Assembly (NCBI RefSeq): GCF_000143415.4
Contig: NW_003314272.1
Coordinates: 2,505,728 to 2,569,727, forward strand
Length of the DNA stretch: 64,000 nucleotides
Direction of reading: 5' to 3'
Source of the DNA: Selaginella moellendorffii
Lineage: Eukaryota; Plantae; Lycopodiophyta
A program made the translations under genes and the position numbers. Shown in pieces: positions 40,780-53,238 of this stretch. The notes under the pieces were generated by a model. That model did not search any database and had not been told where the DNA came from. It saw only the letters and a list, made by a program, of their open reading frames with translations. Position 1 is the first letter of the stretch. Each line of letters starts with the position of its first letter.

Positions 40780-42785
40780 ATGGAAGGAAGTAGTTTGTCA
40801 TGGATGCGGGATGGACTCAGGCAGAGGAAATGACTCCGCGTGGGTCTGATCGTGGCCGATTGGTTCCAAAGCAGCATAGGTACCAGATTGCTGGGAGTGG
40901 TGGCAGGGGCATTCCAGCGCTTTGGGCTGGAGCTGGATTATTCACCAGGGGCATCGTGGTTCTACGCTGTGGATGAGTCAAGTGTGTCGGAGCTCAAGTG
41001 GAAGATCTGGACTGTGGCAGTCGCCCACGTCCTCCGGGTTCCCGTCCCGGAGGTTTTCTTGCACCTCTTCATCGCGGCCGACTATTTCACGCGCCAGCGA
41101 GGTTGCTCCAACCAGCAACGTTACGGTGGCCCCGGGAACTACTGTCCTTCGTGCTCCCTTGCCACTACGCTGTACAGAAGCTTGAAGAGGTGAGTTCTCG
41201 AGATTTCTTGTGGCAAATCGGTAAAAGAGCTTGTTTTTTTTTGTCTTTTTGTCGCAGCTCAAGGCGAGAGACATTCAGACGCCAGCCACGGAAGCGATGT
41301 CTTCAGCGGAAGGAATTACATGTATGGCTTGTCTCTTTTCCTTTTCACTTCTAACCAGTCGTCTGTGCAGATCTTGTGTCGCTCATGTCCAGGAACTTTG
41401 CGTGCTCTTCTTCGCGTGGCTGCAGCTCCAGATCCAAGCAAACAAGCAGCCGTTCGAATGGCTCGACGCCTTCGAAGCTCAAGCCAAAGCCGGCGGCGGG
41501 GGGCACCTGGGCAACCTCTTGCTCTTCTTCCTAGAGACAGTGCACGCATACAGGTTTAAGGATTTCTATCTGCCACCCAGGGAGAACATCGACAGGGTCT
41601 ATAACGTTTGCTTCAAGGAACTCCCGATGGTAGAGTGGCAGTCGATCGATCTCACCGCCGGCGTCCGTCATGTGTTGGAGGTAACATCCTTAGCTCGACT
41701 TGCAAAACACAGATGAGACTCAACAGGCTTCTTATTCTTTTCTTTTTTCTGTTTTTCTGGCAGGAGGTGGTGGCAGGAGTGACTCCCACATTCGAGTGGG
41801 ACAAAAGCCTTCTTGTAACGGGTTCAAAGGAGGTCGCTCGTTTACCAGCACAGGCCTCGCGAGGTTCCATACGTTATGGACTTTACGGATGCAAGCTTGC
41901 AGATTGGCCGTCTGATCTACACTTGGACACTGACGAAGAAGGGGCAGCGCGACCATGCCGAGCTCCAGACGCTGTGCTCGACGGGCAACTCGATCGTGGA
42001 GCACGCACAGTCGGTGCCAGTGGGAAGCAGCGACGAGCGCCAGCTCTACCGTGCCGCCGCTGCCGTTTTCGGCAAGGATTTTAGCGGCCATTTCGTGCAG
42101 CTGTGCAGGAACGCGCAGTGGTCCCTTGCTCGCAATCCGAGCTGGGGGAAATAAGGGAGCTGGCATGGTCTTCAACTTCGAGTACAGAGTTCCGGAGCAT
42201 TACTTTGACGGCGGCCCTAAGCAACTGAGAAACGAGGTGCCGTTCGGTGCCATGATAGTCTACATTGTTCACGTACGCACACTCTCTTTGGTTTTTTCGT
42301 TGGAATGTGTTTCTGATTTGTTTCCTTTTCTCTTGTGTGTTGTTTTGCGCAGCTGATATTTGAGGATCACTTGACTCTAGACATTGATCGCAAAACGTGG
42401 ACAGAAGAGTGTGAGTGACATGAATTATATTTGCTTGCTGGAAGTGTTTACTAAAGCTGTTTTTGCAGGCACCTTAGCTCTAAATAGTCACGGAAATCGT
42501 GATACATATCGGAACAAGAGAGGCATTTTTATTGCATCAGATGGGACGAGGAAGAGATGTCTAGCTCTTGAGAAGCTGATAAACTCTCCCAACGTACAGA
42601 GGGCCTTGGGAGCCAGCGCTGATGAAATAGGCGATGCTGTGGTCAAGGCGATTGCAGCAGGTGGTATATATTATGATCAGGAACACAGAGATTTATGGTT
42701 TAAAATGGGCAAAATATTCAGAGGGGATTATGAGAGACTCTCAGCATATAGTATAGCATATGCAATTTTCAAAGGATTAATTTAA
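40780..42785 (+). pseudogene. Spliced gene of an unrecognised lineage-specific family, disabled
   Basis: ATG 40780 with an in-frame TGA at 40831; frameshifts near 41870 and 42150; GT-AG introns; paralogs at about 37060-37830 and 61690-63030. Confidence 0.65.
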
Positions 42786-42985
42786 ACAAATATAGATATC
42801 TCATCTCAAATGTGAGGGAGCGTTCAAGAGTTGAGCTCAATGGAAGTCACACCAGTTTTTGTTTGAGCTTTGTTGACTTTGGATTGGTTACGTTGACTTT
42901 TCATTGACTTTCTTTGACTTTTGAGCTACGAGCATTACATGGATATTTCCAGTGATCAAACACTGGTTTTCATGGTTCTTCTGGC

Positions 42986-44232
42986 TTACAGCTTTGCATA
43001 TTCCAGGTGTTGCTTCCCGTTGAGCGCATTGCCCATATACGCGGTGATAAACTCCCGGAAAGTAAGCTCCCTGAAGAGAGGCTTTTCGTCCGGCACCAAG
43101 GGCTTGAGAACCGCTTCAAAGCCGGGTGAAAAGAAGAAAGCCGCCGACATTCGTGCATTTCCGGAGCTTACAGTGGCTCGGTGTTCCACACTCTTATATA
43201 TTCCATTGCTCATCACCTGCGACACCACGGCAACTTCAAAGATGGAAAGGCAAGGTACTCTCTAAGTTACCTCTAATATATCTCCAATGTTGACGACGAA
43301 TGCATCCGGCATGGATTTCACAGGCTTCCACTCGCCATTCTTTCTTATCTGGAGGCCCTCTACCTCGTCCTGGAGCAGTATGGTGATTCCCACGCCATCG
43401 GAGTGAGGACTTAATCCCAGCACAAGATCCGGCTCCGGACAAGGTGGATAGTAATTCATCCTCAGCGATGAATGAGCGTCTGGCCCGAAGGCGTCACCGA
43501 AAAGCTCCGGGGGCTGGCCGAGGGCTCTCGACAGTGCAGCGAGGAGCTTCAATGCGAGAGAGCGGACTTGAGCTCCATAAGCTTGGATGGTTTCTCTGGA
43601 AACGAATTTTGAAGAACACACAGGTGATTTTTTTTTTCTAGAGAGAGTTTGTTTATCTTACTTGTACTCTGCTGGATGAACAGGCCATGGGAGTGCTACA
43701 GGCGGGAGAGCGTGGAAGAAAACATCGCCCCAGTCGAGCACGGTGTCTTTGGAAGGTAAGAAATACCGTCCATATCCTTCCCTCCGCAGCTTTGTGGATG
43801 AAGCCGTGTACGACTCCTTCTCCTCTTGTGGCAGCCTGAAAAACTCGCGAATTACGCCCCTGGCGCTTTGCATCAGCGCCGGTGGAATTCCATGGTCAGT
43901 GAGCTACAAGGGCGCGGCATCTCAGACTTTTAGTCTCAACTCTCAAGAGAAAAAGAGAGAGAGATCGATCCAAGAACGAAAGATTCGAGAAAAAAGCGGG
44001 AGGAATGCTTATCAAAGCTTACCTGGAAGAACCCCCATTCTCGGCAAGCTTTATCCAGCTTCTGGAGCTCGATCTTGTCACTCAGCTGCGAGGCGTTGAT
44101 CACTGGGATGTCATCGAGATCTGGCGAGGAAAACTTGGATGGGCGATCGTGAATCGGCCGCACGAAACGCTGTGGCACATGAGCGGTGCCATTTTCGACG
44201 AGGGATTGGACTGCAGGAACTCCGGAATCCAT
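42986..44232 (-). CDS. 2-oxoglutarate/Fe(II)-dependent dioxygenase (DOXC class), 4 exons
   Basis: ACREWGFFQ, LRMNYYPPCPEPDLVLGLSPHSD (HxD), NIGD, SNGIYKSVEHR and RMS (RxS). Confidence 0.95.
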
Positions 44233-44349
44233 ACCTTTGAATTGGCTGGTTGTTGAGGTAATAACAAGAGAATCGTTCCAAGCGTTAAGAGGCCTTTAAA
44301 CTATAGCGAAGGGTTAGGGTTTTGGCAGGGACTCTGTTTTGTCCTCTCC

Positions 44350-45723
44350 ATGGCGGACGAGCGCGCGGCCATCGCCGCGGCGCTCAATCGATTGCTGGAG
44401 ATATGCCGCGGCTCGCAAGAGGTACTTCGTCTATGAATGTTTTCCTTTGCTTATGCTGGATCATGGATCGTGGATCAGGGCGTGGGAGCGAATGTGATTG
44501 AGAGTAAAATGAGCGATGTATCGGTGGACATTCGCGTCAAAGCAATCAACATTCTTCTCCAAAAAGTGAGGATTCTTTTCTTGAAGCGATGATTTTTCTC
44601 GGATTTATTCGCCTTTCATCCGCAGGGCCAGTGGCAATTGTTGAATAAGGATGGGCAGCTTTTCTACAGGGAACAATCTCGCGAAGAGGCCACCAAGTAT
44701 GATCTCTGTTCCTTTGAGGCGTCTAAACTTTTGAGTGTGATACAGGCTGAAAGGCTTACAAACGGAAGATTTGCTGGTGTATCAGGCGATCCAAGCTGCG
44801 AAGAACGACGGTATCGATGGAAAAATTGTGGATTCCTAAAGCTTGGTTGCTCTTGTGATGGCCAGGAATATGGACGAAAGAGATAAAGCTCTCGACGAAC
44901 TTACAGCAGCCTCAAGTGACAAAAGCCATAAAAAATCTGGAAGTTCGAAAGCTCATCAAACCTGTGCCTACTACGCAAGTAAGTCGCGGGAGCTTCGTTT
45001 TCAAGAAATCTTGCTAGCTGAATTGAAGTTCTCCCTTGAGTAGAAAGGCAAGAAGGTTTACATTCTCGCCGAATTGGAGCCCTCGGCAAAGCTGACTGGT
45101 GGAAGCTTTTACAAAAACCAAGAGTTTGATGCGGAGTTCGTCAATCTTCTCAAGCAGCAGTGCCACCAGTTCATCGCCAAGCAAGTAAGCTATGAATTTC
45201 TTTCGATTTCTTTCTTCTTACACGAATGTTCTTTCAAGGCTGGCGGTGCCAATGTAGATCAAGTAGCAAACTTCACAAGGAAGTCGGGGCTTTCGAACGA
45301 TCTGAGCCTTAAAGATATCAAACAGGTGAAACAAATTCCAAGCTTTCGTCGCTGTCGCTCATTGTGACTGGTAGATTTTGGATATGTTGGTGCTCGATGG
45401 AGAAGTCGATGAAGTTGGAGCTGGAGTAAGTCTTACAAAACGTAGTAAGATCTGGATTCATTTCTTGCTACTTTTTCTTTTCACGCAGGCCTACCGTGCC
45501 TCACAATCTAGAATTTCCGACTCGTCTGCGATGACAAATGTGCCTTGCGGTGTTTGTCCCGTAAGTTCTTGCGGAAACTCTTGTTTTTTTCTCTCTCTTT
45601 GTTTCCATTGTTTTCATTCTCTCAATGCTCGTGATTTTGTCACAGGTGATCCACGAGTGCTCGCCCAATGGAATCATTTCTCCAAAGACGTGCGCGTACT
45701 ACCAAGAATGGCTCAAGTTCTAG
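44350..45723 (+). CDS. RPC6: RNA polymerase III subunit RPC6/RPC34, multi-exon
   Basis: LKGLQTEDLLVYQAIQAA, GIWTKEIK, LEPSAKLTGGSFY, C-terminal Fe-S motif VPCGVCPV...C...ISPKTCAYYQEWLKF*. Confidence 0.9.
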
Positions 45724-45810
45724 TAACGAAGAAGAGTAAGTTCGTGTAAGACAATGCGAGGGTTTAGGGTTCTTATGATAGGTCTTGGCAGGGCGCCGCG
45801 AGGAGGAGCG

Positions 45811-48013
45811 AATGCTGCGACGCCGCCGGGCGCTGGAGCTCCTGCTGCTCCATCCGCGCGGCACGGTATCATGCTGGCAGCTCGCCCACAACAAGATGCC
45901 GCCGTGGGCGGCATTGGTCCCGCCGGGCGCCAAGATGTCGCGGCACCAGGGCCGCGTCGTCAATCAGCTCTTCCCGGTCGTCAATCTCCGCCTCGCGGTG
46001 AAGCGCTGCCCCGATGGAGCCCTGCCGGTGGAGGAAGGGTTCGTGGTCCAGCAGGGCACCAGGGCGGAGTCCTACTACATTACTCGTTCCAGGAATCAGG
46101 CCAAGGGCGTGGTGAGGAGGCTGCTCGAGGCGACGGAGGCGGCGTCGCCGGTGCTCACAGTCGCCGGGAAGAAGGTGAGCATCGTCAATCGCCAGGTTGA
46201 TCCGGCGGCCGTGGTGAGGGAGCTGGATCGAGCCTGGAAGCCGCTGGAGCGGCCGCTCAAGCAGAAGATCGTGCTCGGGGTGTTGGGGGCTGTCCGGAAC
46301 TGCTCGGCCGGGCTGCATTTCTTCCACTGGGCTCTCCAGCAGCCGGGGCTGGAGGTGGACACCGTGCTCTACAATGGTCTCGTGGAAATGCTTGTCAAGA
46401 GGGGCTACTTGGATCAAGCTCTGCGGCTCTACGAGAAGATGAAGAGGCCCGAGTTTGCGAGAGGGGGGTGTGCACCGGATGGAGAGACGCTGGCGCTGCT
46501 CGTCCGGCCCCTTTGCCGGTCGAACTTCGAGACGGCTCTCTCGCTCGTGAACGAGGCTCTGGACGGGAGGATGGAAGTTGGCGATGATCTCCTCCACGCG
46601 GTGATAGTTTGCCTTTGCAAGATGCAAGGAAGGCTGCCACTGTCGCTCAGGTACTTTCACAGAATGAAGAGCCCCGGTGATGAGACTTACCAGCTCTTGG
46701 TGAGGACCATGTCCAAGGAGCAATATGTCTACGAGGCCTACGATCTCATTGTCTCGATGGAGGTTGGCAAGGGGTTTCCCACGGACGACGTGACTTACCA
46801 CTTGCTCATCGCCGAGTTTTGCCGGAGGAAGGAACTGAGCCACGCTCATGTCCTGCTGCACGACTTCATGGACCGGGGAAGGATCCCGTCGGTGCTGAGC
46901 TTCAACGCGGTGCTGGAGCTGCTGTGCAACAAAGGCGACCGGGACGCGGCCGAGAAATCGTGGAACCTGTTCCAGTCCATGAAGAGAATGAGCGTGGCTC
47001 CCAACACGGTGACGTACTCCATCCTCTTGCAGGCGCTCTCGAATGGCAACCGTGTGGACCAGGCCATGATCCTCCTCGACGAGATGCTGCGGAGCGGCTG
47101 TATGCCGGGCTCCATCACTGGCAGCGCGCTCGTCTCGGCTCTGGCCAGGGCCGACCGGGTGACCGACGCTCTCGACTTGGTACTGAGGATGCACAGGGAG
47201 TTTCACACTCGGGTGGAGTTCCAGGCCACCTCCAACACAGTCTACGGCTTCCTCCGGCTCAAGCCGATGAAGACGTGCGTCAGCGCCCTCAAGAAGCTCC
47301 AGGAAGTGAACTTCACCCCGGACTTGGCCATGTACGACGTGGTGATCGAGATGCTGTGCGAGCGAGACATGATCAAGGCGGCCATGCTCTACTTCAGCGA
47401 CCTCAACCGGAGGAGCGTCCCGGACGTGAAGTCGTACGAGCCCCTGGTCCTGGCGTTTTGTCGAAACGGGAAGCTACCGGTGGCATACAAGCTCTTTCGG
47501 CACATGATCGTGAGGGGGTGCGATCCGAGCCTGACGATCTACAAGGCGCTCATCACGTCCTTCTGCCGCGGGGACAAGCTGGACGACGCGTGCAAGCTGC
47601 TCGAGTTTATGTTCAACAAGGACGTGTACCCGGACGAGGAGCTGTACAGGACGGTGCTGGAGGGGCTGGAGAGGACGGGCAATGGACAGGCTTTCGACGT
47701 GCTGAAGAACGCGCTCAAGGAGTCGGCGGATGGGAGCCCGGGCGAGGTGATGTTTAAGGCCGTGTTCAAGCTTCGAGGATGCGTGAGGCCGGCCAAGGAC
47801 TCCAAGGTGAAGAAGGCTCGCTCGCCCGGCAAGAAGCAGCCAGTGGCGCCAGCGGGAGGAGGAGCAAGGATGGAGAACGAGACCGAGGCTGCCGAAGTGG
47901 TGGACGTGGTGTCCGGGCCTCCTCCGGACGATACACCGGTGAAGGTGGTGCGCTTCCCAATGAGGTTTAGCGACTCGGACCCGGAGAGCACGTCCGGGGA
48001 CGAGAGCGACTGA
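45811..48013 (+). CDS. P-class pentatricopeptide repeat protein, single exon
   Basis: The 742-aa ORF 45785-48013 (first ATG 45811) has many PPR repeats (YNGLVEML, PNTVTYSILLQAL, IYKALITSFCRGDKLDDA). Confidence 0.93.
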
Positions 48014-48960
48014 GTTTTTTGCTCGTCTCGCCCGGCTGGAGCCCCATATGTTTTTCGGGTATCTGGATCACAGGGAGCAAGGACCGACTTATACTCCCTA
48101 CACTCTTGGACTTGGGAGTTGGAAGTCGAGAGTGTTCATGGAGTTTAGAAATGAATCTTGGAAGCTCAGCAGTTGCGTTAAACCATCACAAACTCCGAAG
48201 ACAAGAAAGATTTGTTTGACCGAGATATTAGCCGCCAACGACAAAGACGACACCTTGTACAAAGCAACAAACGTACTGAGAGATGCCCAACTTGGGCATA
48301 TGCTCTAATGCAGTGGGTGAGGAGATTCCATCCTATCTCAAACCATTTGCTTTCATGGAATTGAATTTAGAAATGAAAGAAAAAGTCTGTGAGCTCAAGC
48401 CAGTAATGAGTTGGGATCTGTGTGGGGTAGAACCATTTTCAAATATTTATTTGCCCAGAAAGCATCCTCACTTGCATATTCATCTCCCAGGTCTTTGCTT
48501 GGAGAAAAAGTAAAAAATTTATTGCATAAAGTTCCATTTGTTTTCATGGAATTGAGCTTAGAAATGAATGAAGTAAAACTCTGTGAGCTTAAGCTAGTAA
48601 TGAGTTGGCGTTAAACCATCATGGGAAGGCAAAGATTGAATTGCCCGAGACATGGCCAAAGACAAGGATGACACACAGAAAACAACAAACATCCAAGCAA
48701 AGGCCTGGGAGATGCCGATTTTGGGCAGGCGGTGAGGATATTCGCTGGATAAGTCCATCGCATCTCAAACAAATGTATATGAAAGTGGTTATTAAGCACC
48801 ATGACACAATCCCATCGTTTTATGATGCTTCTTAGCTCCTTCTCAGTGCTCGTCTTTGCTAATATAATATTCTAGATCCAAATCTTGGCAAGGCTGATCT
48901 TATCATCTTTGTAGCGTCACTCTCTCTTTTGTTTTTCTTATGATAAAACAAAAACAAACT

Positions 48961-50470
48961 CTACGATTTCCACACCGAGCAGAAGGTAACCGGCCGGTGC
49001 TTCCACAGCAAAACCAAGCAATTATCCTCGTTCCGAAGCTCCCAGTTCACGTCGTTCTTCTTCACCAGCATCCGGGCGGTCTCGACGATCTCGTCGTGCG
49101 GAGCCTCGGCCTCGAATCCGGCACTCCTCATCCTCGCGTTCCAGCTCTCGCGGCTCTCGCTCAGCTCCATGCCGCTGGCCAGCCTCGCCACCACGGACGT
49201 GGAGAACAAGTGCTCCATGATCTGCCGCTCCTCGCACTCGTGTCCTTTGAAAGCCCCGCTCATCGAGTCGAGGAAGCTCCAAAAGTGGCCAATCACCTCG
49301 CCAGCAACAGTGGAGAAGTCGGCGGACGTGTTGTCCGAGTCGTTCTCGCCAACGATCACCAGGTCGGGCTCCAGCTCCACGCGGACAAAGTTTAGAAACT
49401 CTTGTCTCTGGCTGCTGTCGATGTGGTTGAGCCGGAAGTGAGCACAAACCGCCAGGGCGTCGGGCTTGGCGATCGCGAACGCGTCCCGAGTGAGAGAATG
49501 CAGCGGTGTAGCGAGCATCCGCAGCTCCATGTTGAGTCCCATCACCTTCGCGAACCTTTCCAGCCTGCTTTTCACCTCGGAGCCAGAGCCGAGCCCCGAG
49601 CAAGGATCTTCGACGACGGTGAGCTTGAAAACGCTCGGAGGCCCCGACGGTCTCGTCGCAAGACCTTCGATCAATGTAGGCCACTGAGTCCCCTGAGAGT
49701 GTCCGATGTCGATGACATGTATCGCGTCCTTCCCTTCGAATGCATCCAGTAGCACTCCACTTGTCGCCGTGTAGACCACCTGGTACCACGGACTTAGATC
49801 GTGGAACTTGAGCAGAGCGTTGTGGAAGTTCTTGGCAGTGGCACTTGCGTCCAAGTTGTGATGATATGCTTGAGCGGCGGTTGGAGTCCCTGCGATTTTC
49901 CCGAACAGAGCCTTGAGACCGTAAGCTGCCAGCCTCTGGTTCGCGTCACCAGTGAGACATCCCAGATCGTTGAGCACCCACATCAAATGCTGTGTCCGTT
50001 GTACGTTGTTGGTTGCAATTGCCTGAACACAATTGTTGAGCAGCTGCAAAGCCCATTTGGACTCTTTCGCGGGCGCTTTGTCCTTAGATGACAGCTTCCC
50101 TGGAACTTTGAGTTCTTGACTGCGGTCTCGCTTGCCCAACGAGCTCCAATTCGGAGAGCATACTGGAGTAAGATGTCTGCGTTCGTCCTTGATATTTGAG
50201 GTCTGTAAAAGAAAGAACTATTAGATCGATCAATGGAAAAGCCGAACAGCTTACATCGATGGTTTTAAGAGTGTTGTCCACTTGGGTACCAGACCAAAGT
50301 TTGCTGTCGGCGAATTCAGTGCTGCTGGATGAAGCTTCTTCCGAGAAATCTAGAAGACCATCATCATTAATGTCGGAGTCTTCCATTTCCTCCAACCGAA
50401 ACTGAGGTCCCATATCACTTTCCTGCATCAGCGACCATAGCTCGTCCTGGAACAACTTTGGACTATCCAT
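48961..50470 (-). CDS. NSP1: GRAS transcription factor, NSP1-like, one intron (about 50204-50252)
   Basis: KWALQLLNNCVQAI..NNVQRTQHLMWVLNDL...GDANQRLAAYGLKAL, IHVIDIG..QGTQWPTLIE, and the C-terminal WKHRPVTFCSVWK are characteristic of the NSP1 clade. Confidence 0.85.
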
Positions 50471-50861
50471 TGTACTTGCGCTCTGTATGCATCTACAATA
50501 TATGTCGAGGTCGGCTCTACATATGCCACTGTCCCGGCTGCAAAAGTTGACTTCACACTGCTGTCACTTGATACATCCCCGGAATTTATAAAACTCGAGA
50601 ATATCCTGTTGACAGCCTGCTAATGTCAAAATAATTCGGTACTTAACGTGGCTGAGAGGGAGTTGGCCCCGGCAGATTCTCCAGAAAACCAATAACAATC
50701 CCCGAGGCGCACGGGCAACAGTATCCTGATGGAGCCAGCAGCTGAAAAATACTCGCATTCTCTCCGCCGGGCATCTCGGGAGTTGTCCGTCCGTCCTCGG
50801 ACACTGCCAGGGGAGATGCATCACGAGAGAATACCAAGCAGTCTCCCCTCAAAGGAGCGAG

Positions 50862-53097
50862 TCAATTGCTCAGTTCCAACGCGCAGACACACTCGACGTG
50901 TGGCGTATGGGGAAACATATCTATAGGCTGGACGCTTAGAAGCCGGTAGCCACCAGCTAAATCGGAGCCATCCTGCAGAAGCGGAACAATAAGCGGAGAT
51001 AGTTCTCACGGCATCTTGTACCTTGGAGTGACATAGCACGTCAAGGTCCCGAGCACATGTTGCCGGATTGCAGGAAACATACACTACTCTTGCAGCGCCG
51101 GACTTCAGGATGAATTGTAGTAACTTCGGATGCATGCCAGGTCGATTCGGATCTGCGGAGAAATGTATCTCTTTTCATCAGGAACATTCCAAACAGCACT
51201 ACAATGAGAAAAAACCCAACCAGCAATAATGATATCGGGCCGAGGAAAATTTGCTCCGAATCCGGAAGTAAGTTTGTTCAGGTCTCCCTGAATAAATGTC
51301 GCGTTTAAAATGTTGTTTCTGTTCGCATTGCGCCGGGCGTTCGCAACAGCCTCCTGCACAAGTTCGTAGCCATAAACATGGTTGACCCTACACATGGAGG
51401 TTGATTCAACAAAAAACAGCCACAGTTTATATCTTACTTATTTGCCATTGAGAGGCCAATAGTGCCCGTGCCGCAAAACAAGTCCAGCATATTCATTTCG
51501 CTAGAGGCCTCCGTCAAGTTGCATGCTTTTTCCACAACTTCATATAGAACTTCTGCCTACAGAAGAATATTGAGTTAGATTGCGCAACAAAATCTAAGAC
51601 TAGATTTTACCTGTGATGTGTTCGTCTGAAAAAAAGAGTTGGCAGAAATCTCAAAAACGAGGCCACGCAAACGTTCCGTAATGGCTGGAGCTCCATACAG
51701 AAGATACTGTTTTTCACCAACCCCTGTGTTGGCCATTGAGGATGTCACATTATTAACAATGCTAGTCTGCAAGTTGGACATCAGGAACAAAATATAAAAG
51801 CATGTAAAAGAAATGTACCCACCACTTCAGAGTAAGTTACAAGCTTCTCTATCAATGGTTTTATCACACGGGGATGGTGCACCGAAGTTACGATATTAAC
51901 CATCACTTGCAGCTTCCCTGTGTGTTCGTCACTAGGTGAAAACGTATTAGGCAAGACCGAGAGGTATCACTCACAGACTTACTGGCCGGATCTCAGTGTG
52001 AGATGACGAAGAAACCCGCTATGCGTCTTTGTATCATATGCTGAAAGATCATTCCGATGAGTTTCGCAAAACGTATGCACGTCTAAGAGTATCTTGAGAA
52101 GAAAAAAAAGGAAAAAGCGATAAGAAAGTAGAACAGCATCTTGGCAGTCCCGCTCACCTGGTTCGCAACGTCATGTTGCAGAAGGCATTCTCTAATGTCC
52201 AGGATTTTGTCGTAGCTCCCAGGTACGTGGAGCCCAAGCGCAAAGTCCTCCTTAATATCTGGTGACTGGTTCTTCACAAACTCGTTGGGTGGCAGCCATC
52301 GAGTTCCAAATGAGAACTCCATCTAAGGGAAGTGCACGTCAGAACTCTTGAATGGAAACAACCGGGACTGCGTACCTGTGTCAGGAAAACGTTCAGCGTT
52401 TTAAGCCTCTATGCTAGAGGAGAATTTCACCTTGTTCCTGTAGTGGTACTGATTTGCACAAGGCAAAATCGGTTTCAAGTAGCTGCCACTGCCCGACTCC
52501 TCACTCCTCCCAAACCTCCCGACTCGTGAAATGAGCTGATGGACTTGGTCTTCCTTTGCAGCAAGCTGGGCCTCATAAGATAAGTTTTGTGTTCTACAGC
52601 CACCGCAGCTTTCAGCGTACTTGCACGGTGGAGTTACTGCATTGTCGTGTGTGACGATCGTCCGCAATTTTAGAGCCTAGAAAACAAAACCATCCAGCGT
52701 AAGACGATCCCACATTGCCAGAGAATTTTTCTTCTTTCTCTTATACCTCTGCATAGCTTCCCTTTCGCTTGGTGATGCGCGCTATCAAGCGTTCTCCCGG
52801 CAATGCCCTATCACACATGACCACATACCCGGTTTCCAAAACTTTGCACACGCCCTGTCCCTTGAATGCCAGGCTCTCGCAGACGAGCTCCAGCTCCTGG
52901 CCTCGCTTGGGGAAGAACGGTACCTTCTTAGCCGGCTGTTCCTCAGATTCCGCTGCTACTGCTGCCCGATTTGCCTCGGATGAATCCTCTATCTGGAGCA
53001 GCGTCGCCGACGAGAAAGCACAAGAATGCGAGATTTCGCGCATTCGAGGGCGTGGCCAAGAGAATGGGAATGCGCGCCATGGCGCCGCGACGACCAT
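50862..53097 (-). CDS. TrmA/RumA-family RNA uracil-5-methyltransferase with TRAM domain, multi-exon
   Basis: CESLAFKGQG, CKYAESCGGC, YRNK, ISANSFFQTN, LDLFCGTGTIGL, YVSCNPATCARD, PHTPHVECVC. Confidence 0.92.
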
Positions 53098-53238
53098 CTC
53101 TCCCAAAACCCTTGGAAAATATTTCGAGCTTTGAATCTCAACGGTTGCGATGTGTACAAGAGACCTGGACGGCTGAGATTTGCTCCCGGTAGCCAAAGGC
53201 GAAGAAATGGCCTTTGCTCTGTGTGGAATTTCTAGGTT

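Noticed and set aside
44350-45723. Functional link between RPC6 and the 5S-bearing elements
   Set aside because: They lie about 18-38 kb apart and nothing in the sequence connects them; probably coincidence.
45869-47757. Long antisense (445 aa) and alternative-frame (312 aa) ORFs over the PPR gene
   Set aside because: Expected shadows of a high-GC3 coding sequence; no recognisable domains. The same applies to ORFs overlapping DGK and NSP1.
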